The translations under genes were made by a program, and so were the position numbers. A model generated the notes under the pieces. It saw nothing but the letters and a program-made list of their open reading frames with translations. It was not told the DNA's origin and ran no database searches. Shown here in pieces: positions 31,685 to 32,000 of a stretch of 32,000 nucleotides of DNA. Positions within the stretch are counted from its first letter, which is position 1; every line of letters starts with the position of its first letter. The DNA is from Ktedonobacterales bacterium (GTDB lineage Bacteria > Chloroflexota > Ktedonobacteria > Ktedonobacterales > JADMIN01). The DNA lies in contig CP126532.1 in assembly GCA_030167145.1 (NCBI GenBank), forward strand, positions 1,530,001 to 1,562,000, written 5' to 3'.

Positions 31685-32000
31685 CTACTGCACCTCAAGC
31701 ACCCCAACCGCGCCAGTCATCGCGCCTGAGAACGAGTGCGTAACGAAGGGATACTTGCCAGCGTCCGGTATCGTCAGCTCCAGCATCGCCCCACCGCCCG
31801 GCGGAATCGTCACCGTCTGGTCGCCCACCATGTGGTTCGCGGGGTTCCCATCCACGTAGAAATCGCTGAAGATCGCCCCGATCACGTGAAAGGCCGAGAA
31901 CTGAGATGGCCCAGCATTCAGCACGAACAGGCGGATGCGCTCACCGGCTTTGGCCTGAATCGGATCCGTGCGATACTGGTCCGCGTAGCCATTGAAGGTC
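31685..32000 (-). CDS. multicopper/cupredoxin protein, C-terminal domain resembling copper nitrite reductase NirK (5' end outside the window)
   Basis: The reading frame is open to the window edge. ...RIRLFVLNAGPSQFSAFHVIGAIFSDFYVDGNPANHMVGDQTVTIPPGGGAMLELTIPDAGKYPFVTHSF...GAVGVLEV parallels NirK GPN..SSFHVIGEIFDKVYVEGG...Q...VPAGG.A.VEF....PG.Y..VDH...A...GA.G.L.V. Confidence 0.6.
   Translation of the reverse strand, partial: TFNGYADQYRTDPIQAKAGERIRLFVLNAGPSQFSAFHVIGAIFSDFYVDGNPANHMVGDQTVTIPPGGGAMLELTIPDAGKYPFVTHSFSGAMTGAVGVLEVQ

Overview
High-GC bacterial chromosomal window (most 60-nt lines are about 60-70% G+C by hand count) with about 31 credible protein genes. Pro/Ala-rich linkers, abundant GTAG-headed hairpin repeats and the gene content suggest a Chloroflexota-like organism, but that is only a guess.

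The left half is mostly housekeeping: rel (RSH), a secreted BNR/Asp-box protein, rhomboid protease, tatA, M16 peptidase, a lipoprotein, 2-hydroxyacid dehydrogenase, fabI, a TlpA-like oxidoreductase, an orphan RHH-like small protein, MBL hydrolase, NUDIX hydrolase, a Hanks Ser/Thr kinase, selD and rnc.

The right half is accessory-like:
- 17.2-21.8 kb: a single-polypeptide PD-ExK nuclease / N6-adenine methyltransferase RM enzyme, followed by a DUF4258 toxin and an MqsA/YgiT zinc-finger antitoxin pair. Structured repeat arrays lie on both sides.
- A divergent paaA / paaD-N(DUF59) / paaB / paaC / PaaD-like zinc-ribbon cluster with no reductase.
- A cupin, a SnoaL-like protein, a 1015-aa ATPase-TPR-SARP (STAND-type) regulator, a J-domain/WD40 protein, a small zinc-ribbon protein and a 5'-truncated NirK-like copper protein.

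Most notable observations:
1. selD is a selenoprotein. Its true N-terminus, an in-frame TGA at the catalytic Cys17-equivalent position and a SECIS-like hairpin are all missed by the ORF track.
2. The RM gene is a mosaic. It has a ~950-bp low-GC block (~40-50% GC) starting right after the NPPY motif, plus an in-frame insertion of two REPIN-like hairpin doublets.
3. A tandem hairpin array with compensatory stem changes sits upstream of the RM gene, and an array of AAGAGTTG/CAACTCTT motifs sits downstream of the TA pair.
4. PaaD is split into two genes separated by paaB and paaC, behind a promoter that carries a perfect 22-bp palindrome.
5. A GTAG/GTGG-headed REP family is scattered through the window and is repeatedly recruited into coding sequence.

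I could not identify a clear-cut new multigene system. The RM-TA islet with its flanking RNA-structure-like arrays is the best candidate for something undescribed.
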